Shown here: positions 18,957 through 27,327 of the stretch, piece after piece
How positions within the stretch are numbered: position 1 is the stretch's first letter
How the letters are laid out: each line of letters opens with the position of its first letter
DNA from: Candidatus Nitrospira inopinata
Lineage (GTDB): Bacteria; Nitrospirota; Nitrospiria; Nitrospirales; Nitrospiraceae
Length of the DNA stretch: 32,000 bases
NCBI RefSeq assembly: GCF_001458695.1
Contig: NZ_LN885086.1
Coordinates: 780,001-812,000 of the forward strand
Direction of reading: 5' to 3'
Notes under the pieces: model-generated
Told to the model about the DNA's origin: nothing
The model's database searches: none
The model's input: the letters and a program-made list of their open reading frames with translations, nothing else
Position numbers and translations under genes: made by a program

Positions 18957-19934
18957 ATGGTATCAGCGATGATGTCCTCAAACCCACCCGCTGAATGGCT
19001 AATTGTAGGCCTGGCGCTGGCGACGGTCGCCTGTTGGACCGGTCTTATGTTAATCGGCCAGGAAGCGGTCCGCCTGCGCCGCTGGCGGCGCCTCTTGCAG
19101 ACCATCCGCACTCCCTGGAACTCGATCGTCCATCCCCCCTCTTGGCAGGTGCAATTGATTCAGCTCATCCAGCGGGTTGGCACCGCAGGCCTTCGCTGGA
19201 TGTCCCCTATCCCTGCCAAGTGGGCTGACCTCATCACCCGCAGTGGTTATCGACGACCTGACGCCACGGCAATTTTGCTCGGCTTTAAACTCCTTGGCGT
19301 AGCCATAGGACTTCTCATCAGCTTGATTGGTCTTTTGTTGGCAAGCCTGAGCGCGGACTGGAACGATGAGATGCTCAGCCTGTTTGCGCTCGGTGGTGTT
19401 CTAACCCCTATCGGCTGGTTCATCCCCGACTGGTGGCTCCGCTATCGGGCGAACCGGCGACAGCAGCGGCTTCAGCGCAGCATACCGGATTTTCTCGATC
19501 TGCTCCTCGTCACAATCGAAGCAGGGCTTCCACTCTCCGCCGCGCTCGATCGTATTGCGCGTGTCTTGGGACTCACTCACCCAGAATTGGGTCAGGAGCT
19601 GCGGCAATTGGTCTTTGATCTCAGGACAAGCCGCTCGCGCGCCGCGGCCCTTCGTGCCTTTGCAGCCCGTACCCAGGTGGACGCCATCGTGTCGCTTGCC
19701 AGCGTTCTTATCCAAACCGAGCGATTTGGCGTGAGCCTGGCTCGCACCCTGCGGCTTCACGCCGAAACCCTACGCCGCAAACAACAGCTCCATGCCGAAG
19801 AGTTGGCTGGGGCTCTACCAGTGAAGCTGTTGTTTCCCCTGATCTTCTTCATCTTTCCCGCCATTTTCGTCGTGCTCCTGGGGCCGGCGGTGGTCCAGGG
19901 CATCGAGACCCTTCGGTCCATGCTGACGCCATAA
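18957..19934 (+). CDS. tadC: Tad inner-membrane platform protein TadC (T2SSF domain)
   Basis: 325 aa. The T2SSF-like domain reads IPDFLDLLLVTIEAGLPLSAALDRIA...ERFGVSLARTLRLHAETLR, flanked by TM helices. It is paralogous in layout to TadB. Confidence 0.85.
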   Translation: MVSAMMSSNPPAEWLIVGLALATVACWTGLMLIGQEAVRLRRWRRLLQTIRTPWNSIVHPPSWQVQLIQLIQRVGTAGLRWMSPIPAKWADLITRSGYRRPDATAILLGFKLLGVAIGLLISLIGLLLASLSADWNDEMLSLFALGGVLTPIGWFIPDWWLRYRANRRQQRLQRSIPDFLDLLLVTIEAGLPLSAALDRIARVLGLTHPELGQELRQLVFDLRTSRSRAAALRAFAARTQVDAIVSLASVLIQTERFGVSLARTLRLHAETLRRKQQLHAEELAGALPVKLLFPLIFFIFPAIFVVLLGPAVVQGIETLRSMLTP

Positions 19935-20105
19935 GCCCTCTCGGCCCATCCAGGAACCTCACCCCCTCTCATCACACTGCTTCCATGGCCTCTGAGCCCA
20001 TACGGAAAATAGACTCGGGCTCCCTTCGCGAGAATTAGACTGACGTCGGATCGCCGCTTCTGTAAGATAGGGCCTACTCTTGTCATAACAACCAGGGCGT
20101 GCCCC

Positions 20106-21758
20106 ATGGCTCGAACCGTCTCATTCCGCTTGTTCTCCAGGTTGATGGCCGCGGCCCTGCTTGCCGATCGGCAACGTTGCTCGGCCGGAGAGGCGATCGG
20201 TCTGCTTAATAATGAAGTGACCAAAGCCTCGGGCTCCGCTGACACCACCCGCCGGGAGTTCTTGAAGGGCGCGATGGCGACCGGCGCGACGTTGGCTCTC
20301 GGCTCCCTCACGGGGTTTCCCCTCCGCGCCGAGGCCAAGCCGCTTGCCTCCTCCCTCTCGGTCGGCATCGTCGGAGCGGGGCTCGCCGGCTTGGCCTGCG
20401 CCGACCGGCTCAAGACCGCGGGAATCAGCGCGTCCATCTATGAAGCGGCGGGGAGGGCCGGCGGCCGCTGCTGGTCTCTGCGTGGATTCTTCCCCGGTCA
20501 GGTGGCGGAGCGAGGCGGTGAGTTGATCGACACGCTTCACACCACGATGTTGGGGTACGCGAGGCGGTTCGGCCTTGTCTTGGAGGACCTCAAGAACGAG
20601 CGGGGAGAAACGTGTTATTTCTTTCTCGGTCAACGACGCTCGGAGGCCGAGATCGTGTCTGAATTTCGAGACTTCGTCCCGGTCATGCGACGGGACCTCA
20701 ACCGCCTGTCCAAGGAGGTCACCGCCCTCTCTCATACCGAAGCCGATGTCATCCTCGACCGAACATCCCTGCTTGCCTATTTGGAGGGGCAAAACAGCTC
20801 CTCCGTCCCAGCCGGCTCCCTGGCCAAGACCGCGATTGTCGCGGCCTATGAGGCTGAATATGGGCTGGCTGCGGCCGAACAGAGTTGTCTCAACTTTTTG
20901 CTCTTTATGCACCCGGACCGCCGATCCGAGTTCACCCCCTTCGGCGTCTTTAGCGACGAACGGTATCATCTGGTGGACGGAAACGATCGGATTGTCGAAG
21001 CGTTGACCAGAGAGCTTGATGGGCAGTTCACCTATGGCACGAGGCTCGTCCGCGTCCGCCGCGCCGGCGACGGTCGGATCGAACTCACGTTGCTCTCCGG
21101 AAGCCGCGCGATCGTGCGAACACACGACGTGGTTGTGCTCGCCATCCCCTTCACGGTCCTCCGCGAGGTCGAGCTGGATGAGAATCTTGCCATCCCTCCT
21201 CGGCGACTGACGGCGATTCGAACACTGGGCTACGGGACCAACGCCAAGATGATGGTCGGTTTTTCCGCTAGACCTTGGCGGACGTTGGGATCCAGTGGAA
21301 CATCATATGCCGATCTCGCCCATGTCCAGACGACATGGGAAACCAATCCCTCTCGGGGCACGGACACCAGGGGCATCTTGACTGATTATTCGAGCGGCCC
21401 ACGGGGCGCCAATCTGATTCCCAGTGATGTGCACACCGAGGCTCGGCGATTCTTGAACGATTTGGAGCTCGTCTTTCCCGGCGTCCTGAGCGCCGCGACG
21501 CTCTCGCAAGGCCGGTATCTCGCGCACCTGGAACATTGGCCATCCCATCCTCTGGTCCAAGGGAGCTACACCTGTTACAAACCGGGTCAGTTCACGACCA
21601 TTGCCGGACTGGAGGGAATCTCCGTGAACAATCTCTTTTTCGCCGGCGAACACACGAACTCGTTCTATGAATGGCAGGGCTTCATGGAAGGAGCGGCCCG
21701 GTCCGGCCTTGCCGTGGCCCAAGCGATTGCCGCTCTCGCTAAGAAACGCCGGATCTAA
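20106..21758 (+). CDS. Tat-signal flavin-dependent amine oxidase family protein
   Basis: The twin-arginine motif TRREFLKGAMATGATLALG is followed by the FAD fold VGIVGAGLAGLACADRL...YEAAGRAGGRC and the C-terminal motif LFFAGEHT. The start is uncertain: in-frame GTG 20217 would give a canonical-length Tat signal. Confidence 0.85.
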   Translation: MARTVSFRLFSRLMAAALLADRQRCSAGEAIGLLNNEVTKASGSADTTRREFLKGAMATGATLALGSLTGFPLRAEAKPLASSLSVGIVGAGLAGLACADRLKTAGISASIYEAAGRAGGRCWSLRGFFPGQVAERGGELIDTLHTTMLGYARRFGLVLEDLKNERGETCYFFLGQRRSEAEIVSEFRDFVPVMRRDLNRLSKEVTALSHTEADVILDRTSLLAYLEGQNSSSVPAGSLAKTAIVAAYEAEYGLAAAEQSCLNFLLFMHPDRRSEFTPFGVFSDERYHLVDGNDRIVEALTRELDGQFTYGTRLVRVRRAGDGRIELTLLSGSRAIVRTHDVVVLAIPFTVLREVELDENLAIPPRRLTAIRTLGYGTNAKMMVGFSARPWRTLGSSGTSYADLAHVQTTWETNPSRGTDTRGILTDYSSGPRGANLIPSDVHTEARRFLNDLELVFPGVLSAATLSQGRYLAHLEHWPSHPLVQGSYTCYKPGQFTTIAGLEGISVNNLFFAGEHTNSFYEWQGFMEGAARSGLAVAQAIAALAKKRRI

Positions 21759-21887
21759 ACAGCGGGGCCGTTTCGCTTCCTATCGATTCCGTTGTCATGC
21801 GGTCTCCTTGCATCTGGTAAAGCGAACGGCCAAGATATAATCGTTCGCTCCTCAGACACGATCATCGTCCGGGAAGGAGACATCACG

Positions 21888-22643
21888 ATGCGCTGGCTCT
21901 TGTCTTTTTTATTTGCCCAGTCTCTACTGTTCACCTCTCTTCCAGTTTCTCCCGTCGCGCCGGCCGCTTCAGAAGACGGCGAGCTGGCCGGTTTGGTGGA
22001 CCGGGCCAAGACGACCTTGGACAATTTTGCGGCCGATTCAAACATGACCTGGTTCCGCGACCACATCAAGGATGCAAAGGGAGTGTTCATTGTCCCGCGG
22101 ATGTGGAAAGGCGCCTTTTTCTTTGGCGGCGAGGGAGGCACCGGCGTGTTTCTCGCCAAGGACGAGACCACCGGTGAATGGAGCAACCCGGCGTTCTACA
22201 CAATGGGCACGGCCAGCATCGGTTTCCAATTCGGCGTGCAGGCCTCGGAGATTGTGCTGCTGGCCATGACCCGGCGAGGGGTCGAATCTATGTTGACCAA
22301 TACATTCAAGCTTGGGGCCGACGTGTCGGTCGCGGCAGGCCCGGTCGGTGCCGGCGTCGAAGGCGCCACGGCGGTGTTGAGCGCGGACATGGTCACGTTT
22401 TCCAGAACCAAGGGCCTCTTCGGCGGCATCTCGCTCGAAGGCGCCGTCATCGCCGTGCGGGACGAATCGAATCGGCGCTATTACGGGAAAGACGTCAGGC
22501 CGACCGAGATTCTCATGATGCGGACCGTCTCCAATCCCCAGTCGGCAGGCCTGCGGGCCACCTTGGCTCGCTTGGCAGGAAGCAAGCCCTCCTCCTCCTC
22601 TGACGATTCAAGTTCAAAAGAATCTGGACCGCCTTCGGAGTAA
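21888..22643 (+). CDS. SYLF / Ysc84 (DUF500) lipid-binding domain protein, secreted
   Basis: The start was chosen at ATG 21888, which has GGAAGGAGA 7 nt upstream. It has a signal peptide. Ysc84-type core motifs are GVFIVPRMWKGAFFFGGEGGTGV, ASIGFQFG, LGADVSVAAGPVG and GLFGGISLEGAVI. The tail is Ser-rich. Confidence 0.85.
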   Translation: MRWLLSFLFAQSLLFTSLPVSPVAPAASEDGELAGLVDRAKTTLDNFAADSNMTWFRDHIKDAKGVFIVPRMWKGAFFFGGEGGTGVFLAKDETTGEWSNPAFYTMGTASIGFQFGVQASEIVLLAMTRRGVESMLTNTFKLGADVSVAAGPVGAGVEGATAVLSADMVTFSRTKGLFGGISLEGAVIAVRDESNRRYYGKDVRPTEILMMRTVSNPQSAGLRATLARLAGSKPSSSSDDSSSKESGPPSE

Positions 22644-22659
22644 GGGCCGACCGAGAGAA

Positions 22660-22680
22660 GGGGACGGAGCACCCGTCTCC
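22660..22680. terminator. hairpin between convergent SYLF and esterase genes
   Basis: ggggacgg (22660-22667), loop agcac, ccgtctcc (22673-22680): 8 bp including one G-U. There is no strong U-tract on either strand. Confidence 0.25.
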
Positions 22681-22898
22681 TGCCACGCGGTGCCGCTAGT
22701 CAGATGACTTTTTTGAGTTAAGAGACCCAACTGAAACCAAAGATCGGTCACGCCGCAAACGAGCAGATGTGCTTCCCAAGGAAATTCTTCACTTGTCAGA
22801 GGTCTGGAGGGAACGGAATCTCTCTTGGGCGGCTTCCCATCCGACAGGGTCGCCCATCAGACCGGCAGGCTGGCAAGGTGGCGGCGGCAGAGTGCTCC

Positions 22899-23612
22899 TT
22901 ACCCCAGCCCATTCCTCAAAAACCTGCCCAGTTTCCTGATCACCACTTCAGGAATTTCATGTCCGCCTCGAAAACTGTGCCATTCCACGAGAAGACCGGC
23001 TTCTGTCAACAGATCCCGCAACCGCTCCGCACCGATGTGAGGGAGGATGTCATCGTGTGTGCCGTGGCTTTGAAAGACCCGAAGCCCTCGGCGTCGAGGT
23101 GCCAGTGGTCGCCACACCGGCTCCGCCAGCAGGTTGCCGGAGAGTTGCACCATCCCCGCAAAGGGATAGTCCGTATGCAGCGCCACGTCACAGGTGAGCA
23201 TCGCCCCCTGCGAGAAGCCGCCGATGACCGTGCGTGAAAAGTCCACCGGCAGCTTCCCCGGCAGCTCCTTGAGAAAGCCTTGCAGCCGTTCTCTCGCCAA
23301 GGCAAGCCCTTGGGGAATCTCTCCCGAGAGGTCGCGAACCCGGCCGGCGGCTCGATCTTCCTGAAGTCTGGCGAAATCGATGATCCACCACGCACGAGCA
23401 TCGCCGATCCCCCAATCAAGCGACAGGGGACCTTCCGGGAAGAGCCACCTGGTGCCGGCTGGGGTGTCAATCACGTCCGCCAACGGGACTAAATCGTCGC
23501 CCGGCGCGCCGAATCCATGGAGCAGAATGACCAGTGGACCGGTCCCGCCGCCGTGACCATCGGTGCCGCCGGTGAGCCGAACGTTCAATCCCCCGATCAG
23601 AGCCCGCCGCAT
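22899..23612 (-). CDS. alpha/beta hydrolase, phospholipase/carboxylesterase family
   Basis: 237 aa. It has LVILLHGFGAPGDDL, the nucleophile elbow GGFSQGA, the acid HGTHDDILP and the His in GGHEIP. Its start lies 4 nt after the selO stop. Confidence 0.85.
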   Translation of the reverse strand: MRRALIGGLNVRLTGGTDGHGGGTGPLVILLHGFGAPGDDLVPLADVIDTPAGTRWLFPEGPLSLDWGIGDARAWWIIDFARLQEDRAAGRVRDLSGEIPQGLALARERLQGFLKELPGKLPVDFSRTVIGGFSQGAMLTCDVALHTDYPFAGMVQLSGNLLAEPVWRPLAPRRRGLRVFQSHGTHDDILPHIGAERLRDLLTEAGLLVEWHSFRGGHEIPEVVIRKLGRFLRNGLG

Positions 23613-23616
23613 GGTG

Positions 23617-25086
23617 TTAGGAAGAACAACTCACGACCAGGTGTTTGCCCCAACTGGGGGGAGCCGCCGCGTAGGCGTCCATGCCAGGCTGGTCATCGTA
23701 GGGCCGCCGGATGAGAGTCGCCAGACGATCGATTTCGGAGAAATCCTTCTGCTGGGCCTTTTCGATAGCGAGTTGAGCCAAGTAATTCCGCAAGACGTAT
23801 CTCGGGTTGACTCGGTTCATCCGAAGACGCCGCTCATCGTCGCGACTATGCTCGCTTCTCAATCGCTTCCGGTACCGAGCGGCCCAGTCATCGAACCGTT
23901 CACGATTGACAAAGAGATCCCGAAGGGCATGGTTCTCACAACCCTCAACGGAAGAAAATGATCCAAGCGTTCGAAAGGCGAGGGTGTAATCGACATGACT
24001 TTCGTGGAGCAGGTTCAGAAACTCGTCTATCAAAGAGTGGTCGCCAGCCTGTTCTTCAACGAGCCCCAATTTCGCGCGCATGAGTCCGAGGTATTTGTCC
24101 TGAAACAGGCGATGATAGTGATCCAGTGAAGCCTTCAAGGCTTCCTTGGCGACCAACGGTGTCATCGCCTGAGCCAAACAGCCCAAGTTCCATAACCCAA
24201 TCGCCGGCTGTTGGTGGAAGGCATAGCGGCCGTTCACGTCGGAGTGGTTACAGATGAACGCCGGATCATAGTCGTCCATGAAGCCGAAGGGCCCATAGTC
24301 GAGCGTGAGACCAAGAATCGACATATTGTCTGTATTCAAGACACCGTGGGCCCACCCGACGGCCTGCCATTGGGCGATCAGGGCTGCGGTGCGCTCGACC
24401 ACTTCACTGAACAACCGCTCGTACCGGTCGACCGCACCGGCCAAATGGGGAAAATGACGACCGATGACGTAATCGGCCAACACTTTCAGATGCTCATGCT
24501 GCCGGCGATAATAAAACACCTCGAAGGTCCCAAACCGCACGTGGGAGGGAGCCAGGCGCAGCAGCATGGCGCCGGTTTCCACTTGCTCCCGATAGACCGG
24601 GTCATCACTGCCGACCACGCAGAGCGCTTGGGTGGTGGGAATGCCTAACCCCTCCATGGCGATGCAACAAAGATATTCACGGATGGCCGATCGCAGCACC
24701 GACCGACCATCGCCATCTCGCGAAAAGGGTGTCCGCCCCGCCCCTTTGAGGTGCAAGTCCCACCGTTCCCCTCGTTCGTTCAACACTTCACCTAAGAGCA
24801 TCGCGCGACCGTCGCCAAGTTGCGGCACATAGATCCCGAATTGATGGCCCGCATACAACATGGCCAGCGGCTCCATGCCGGAGAGTAACAGGCCGCCACC
24901 GAAGAGTTGCGCAAACTCAGGTCGTGCCGCTTCTTGGGGATCAAGGTCGATCAACGATGCCGCCTCGGCATTGGATGCGACCACCAGGGGCGGGGAGGCA
25001 AAAGGCATGGGGGCCAGTTTTGCGTAGAAGGCCTCCGGCAGGCGCGCATAGGTGTTCTCGAAGACCAGTTGCTCAAGGGATCGCAT
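23617..25086 (-). CDS. selO: protein adenylyltransferase SelO (YdiU/UPF0061)
   Basis: 489 aa. Family-typical blocks are LAMLYAGHQFG...QLGDGRA, DLHLKGAGRTPFSR.GDGR, REYL...AM..LGIPTT, HVRFGTFE and GVLNTDNMSILGLTLDYGPFGFMD. Confidence 0.95.
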   Translation of the reverse strand: MRSLEQLVFENTYARLPEAFYAKLAPMPFASPPLVVASNAEAASLIDLDPQEAARPEFAQLFGGGLLLSGMEPLAMLYAGHQFGIYVPQLGDGRAMLLGEVLNERGERWDLHLKGAGRTPFSRDGDGRSVLRSAIREYLCCIAMEGLGIPTTQALCVVGSDDPVYREQVETGAMLLRLAPSHVRFGTFEVFYYRRQHEHLKVLADYVIGRHFPHLAGAVDRYERLFSEVVERTAALIAQWQAVGWAHGVLNTDNMSILGLTLDYGPFGFMDDYDPAFICNHSDVNGRYAFHQQPAIGLWNLGCLAQAMTPLVAKEALKASLDHYHRLFQDKYLGLMRAKLGLVEEQAGDHSLIDEFLNLLHESHVDYTLAFRTLGSFSSVEGCENHALRDLFVNRERFDDWAARYRKRLRSEHSRDDERRLRMNRVNPRYVLRNYLAQLAIEKAQQKDFSEIDRLATLIRRPYDDQPGMDAYAAAPPSWGKHLVVSCSS

Positions 25087-25171
25087 TGGTCCACTGGATC
25101 ATGTGGATCATGGGAGAGCATGACAGGAGAAAGCTATCACCCGTGAGCCTTGGACAACGTCACACCTCACG

Positions 25172-25516
25172 TCATCGAACCACGGGTGGAACTTCCCGGT
25201 CCATGACAAACACAAAGATCCGCTCGCTGATCGGCACGTTGATATCGGTAAACACCGAGAGAATCCGCGCCCCCGTAATGTCGCTCAACTGTTCGCACAG
25301 CTTGTCCCGCCCCTGTGCAAACAAATTCTCCCGCAGCCGCTTGACCATCTCGACTCCTTCAGGCGTTTTGGCCAACTGGCGTTCGGCCGGCGTCAAGACC
25401 CCCTTCAAGCGGACGACGACAAGATCACGCACAATAAAGGCACGGACCTCGTCCGGCCCCCGCCCCATGAACTCCTGTTCAAACTTGATGACGGCGTTTC
25501 GGATCGCGTTTTCCAC
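25172..25516 (-). CDS. DUF2294 protein (MpsC-like, Na-translocating system protein family)
   Basis: 114 aa. IRNAVIKFEQEFMGRGPDEVRAFIVRDLVVVRLKGVLTPAERQLA...ITGARILSVFTDINVPISERIFVFVM matches the DUF2294 pattern as I remember it. Confidence 0.8.
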   Translation of the reverse strand: MENAIRNAVIKFEQEFMGRGPDEVRAFIVRDLVVVRLKGVLTPAERQLAKTPEGVEMVKRLRENLFAQGRDKLCEQLSDITGARILSVFTDINVPISERIFVFVMDREVPPVVR

Positions 25517-25661
25517 GAGTCACCGGCGCAGGATTATAAGTCGAACGTTGGAGAGAAAAAAGGTTCTTTCGATGCCGGACACCTCCATCTTTCATGCAGC
25601 GCCTTTTAGTGCCTTCGAACTACCAGCGCACGATCTTGAGGCCTAATCCGCTGATTCGCGC

Positions 25662-25688
25662 TTGACGCCGCGTCATTTGGCCTATTAT
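25662..25688 (+). promoter_or_regulatory. candidate sigma70-type promoter for the SbtA-like gene
   Basis: TTGACG (25662-25667) and TATTAT (25683-25688) lie in an AT-rich divergent intergenic region. The spacer is only 15 nt, which is suboptimal. It would give a leader of about 200 nt. Confidence 0.25.
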
Positions 25689-25891
25689 GCATCGCACAGG
25701 CTCGAGATACGGTCATCCCACCTCTCAGAAAAAACGGTCTTGGAGAAAACGTTGGATAGAAGGCATGATCGCGTATAAACACCAAGTTAAAATACCATAG
25801 GTTCAGTTACCCAAAGAACCTGGCAAACGATATGTCACGGACGCGTTGAAAGAGGTACCGCCGTCGTAGCCTTACCAAGAAGGACACATTC

Positions 25892-27100
25892 ATGCTCGAA
25901 CAATTCCTCGATAACTTCCTTCACAATCTTTTCAAGCCCTTGCTGCTTTTCTTCTATCTTGGTTTCTTGGTTCCATTGCTCAAGGTTCCTTTTGAGTTCC
26001 CCTATGCAATTTACAAGGGGCTCATTATCTACCTGCTGATCTCGATCGGATGGCACGGGGGCGAAGAATTGGCGTCTCTGTCCGCGGCGGACTTCGGGCG
26101 TGCCAGCGGGTTCATGATCGTGGGGTTTATAACCAATCTCGTAATCGGGATTGTTGCGTACGCTGCGCTTCGCCAGACAAACATTCGTCAAATCGACGCG
26201 GCGGCAGTTGCGGGCTATTACGGCTCCGACTCAGCCGGAACATTCGTCACTTGTCTGGGCGTCTTGACGGCCTCCAACATCGCTTACGCGGCGTACATGC
26301 CGGTCTTGCTCGCCGTCATGGAAATCCCCGGCTGTCTGGTCGCTCTTGCGCTTGTTGCCCGAATGCGGGAAACCGGTCTGATGGACGCGTTGGGAAACAT
26401 GCCGGGGGAGCCCGGCTATGATCCTTCCGCAAAACGCATGGATTGGAACGGCCAGATCGACGAACTTGACGAACTCGATGAAACCAAAGGTTCCCGAGTG
26501 ACAACATCCAGCCCCTCTCGTTCGGTGGAGATTTCAAAACCGAACGATACCGTCAAAGCCTCTGGGATCTTCAGCAAGGGAGTGCTCCACGAAGTTTTTC
26601 TGAATTCCGGTCTGTACTTGTTGTTCGGCGGTATCGTGATCGGCTTCGTGTCCGGCCTGCAAGGCACGAAGGTGACGGGCACCCATGATCAATTATTCGT
26701 ACAGTTGTTCCCTGCGATCCTAAGCCTTTTCCTTATCGAGATGGGCATGACGGCCTGCAAGCGACTCCAAGACGTGCGGACGGCGGGCTGGAAATTCGTG
26801 ATGTTCGGCCTGATCGCCCCTAATGTCTTCGCTGTCTTCGGCATTCTGATCGCGCACGGATACAGCGCGTTCCTGGGGCATCCATTTGAAATCGGCACGT
26901 ACGCTCTTTTCGCCGTTCTCTGCGGATCGGCATCGTATATCGCCGTTCCCGCGATTCAGCGACTCGCCATTCCCGAGGCAAGCCCGACCCTGGGATTGGC
27001 AGCTTCTCTCGGTCTGACATTTTCCTACAATGTCACGATCGGCATTCCGCTCTACATCATGATCGCCACGGTCATTTCCACGGCAATACCGGTTCAGTAA
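25892..27100 (+). CDS. SbtA-family (Sbt_1/DUF897) sodium-dependent bicarbonate transporter-like permease
   Basis: 402 aa with GAAGGA 8 nt upstream. It has two 5-TM halves around an acidic cytoplasmic loop (IDELDELDETKG). Blocks align with cyanobacterial SbtA as I remember it: AVAGYYGSDSAGTF, LAVMEIPGCLVALALVA, LSLFLIEMGMTACKRL and GSASYIAVPAIQRLAIPEASP. Confidence 0.85.
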   Translation: MLEQFLDNFLHNLFKPLLLFFYLGFLVPLLKVPFEFPYAIYKGLIIYLLISIGWHGGEELASLSAADFGRASGFMIVGFITNLVIGIVAYAALRQTNIRQIDAAAVAGYYGSDSAGTFVTCLGVLTASNIAYAAYMPVLLAVMEIPGCLVALALVARMRETGLMDALGNMPGEPGYDPSAKRMDWNGQIDELDELDETKGSRVTTSSPSRSVEISKPNDTVKASGIFSKGVLHEVFLNSGLYLLFGGIVIGFVSGLQGTKVTGTHDQLFVQLFPAILSLFLIEMGMTACKRLQDVRTAGWKFVMFGLIAPNVFAVFGILIAHGYSAFLGHPFEIGTYALFAVLCGSASYIAVPAIQRLAIPEASPTLGLAASLGLTFSYNVTIGIPLYIMIATVISTAIPVQ

Positions 27101-27132
27101 GTTTGAAAGAAGAATGAAATGGAAAACCTTCA

Positions 27133-27159
27133 GGCATCGGAACATGCCGCAATCTTTTT
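27133..27159 (+). terminator. weak hairpin + T-run after the SbtA-like gene
   Basis: ggcat (27133-27137), loop cggaac, atgcc (27144-27148), then gcaatc + TTTTT (27155-27159). The stem is only 5 bp. Confidence 0.2.
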
Positions 27160-27327
27160 GGCACTCGACGGCCACAAGGGGTTCGCCGAGTTATGGTTCG
27201 GCAATTCGTCGTTCTTCTGCGAATCCTCTTTCAGAGGCTCTGTGCTTTCAAAGAGGGCGACCACACAATTTGCATGAGTTTTGCCTTCATGCTGTGGGAT
27301 AACCCAAAAGGGAGGCCGGACATCGCT

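Noticed and set aside
164-21722. Many long track ORFs overlap the called genes on the opposite strand or in other frames. Examples are 164-610, 641-1180, 1773-2396, 5923-6624, 12419-13345, 12603-13631, 14989-15963, 17006-17608 and 20121-21125.
   Set aside because: Their products are Arg/Pro/Gly/Ala-rich and low in complexity, which is typical of shadow ORFs in GC-rich DNA. Each is fully covered by a gene with clear family motifs.
25095-25112. A perfect 9-bp tandem repeat, tggatcatg tggatcatg, lies immediately upstream of the selO start codon.
   Set aside because: It is very short. The ATGs it creates on the minus strand are out of frame with selO. It is probably slippage and I cannot attach a function to it.
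25821-25835. TGGCAA-N-ATGT upstream of the SbtA-like gene is a possible sigma54 promoter.
   Set aside because: Both the -24 element (TGGCAa) and the -12 element (aTGt instead of TTGC) are degenerate, so this is not better than chance.
27114-27302. Short ORFs (62 aa at 27114-27302; 54 aa at 27119-27283) lie in the gap after the SbtA-like gene, where a PII-like sbtB might be expected.
   Set aside because: Neither resembles a PII/SbtB protein, which is about 100-110 aa with a T-loop. Their composition is implausible and they have no clear SD.
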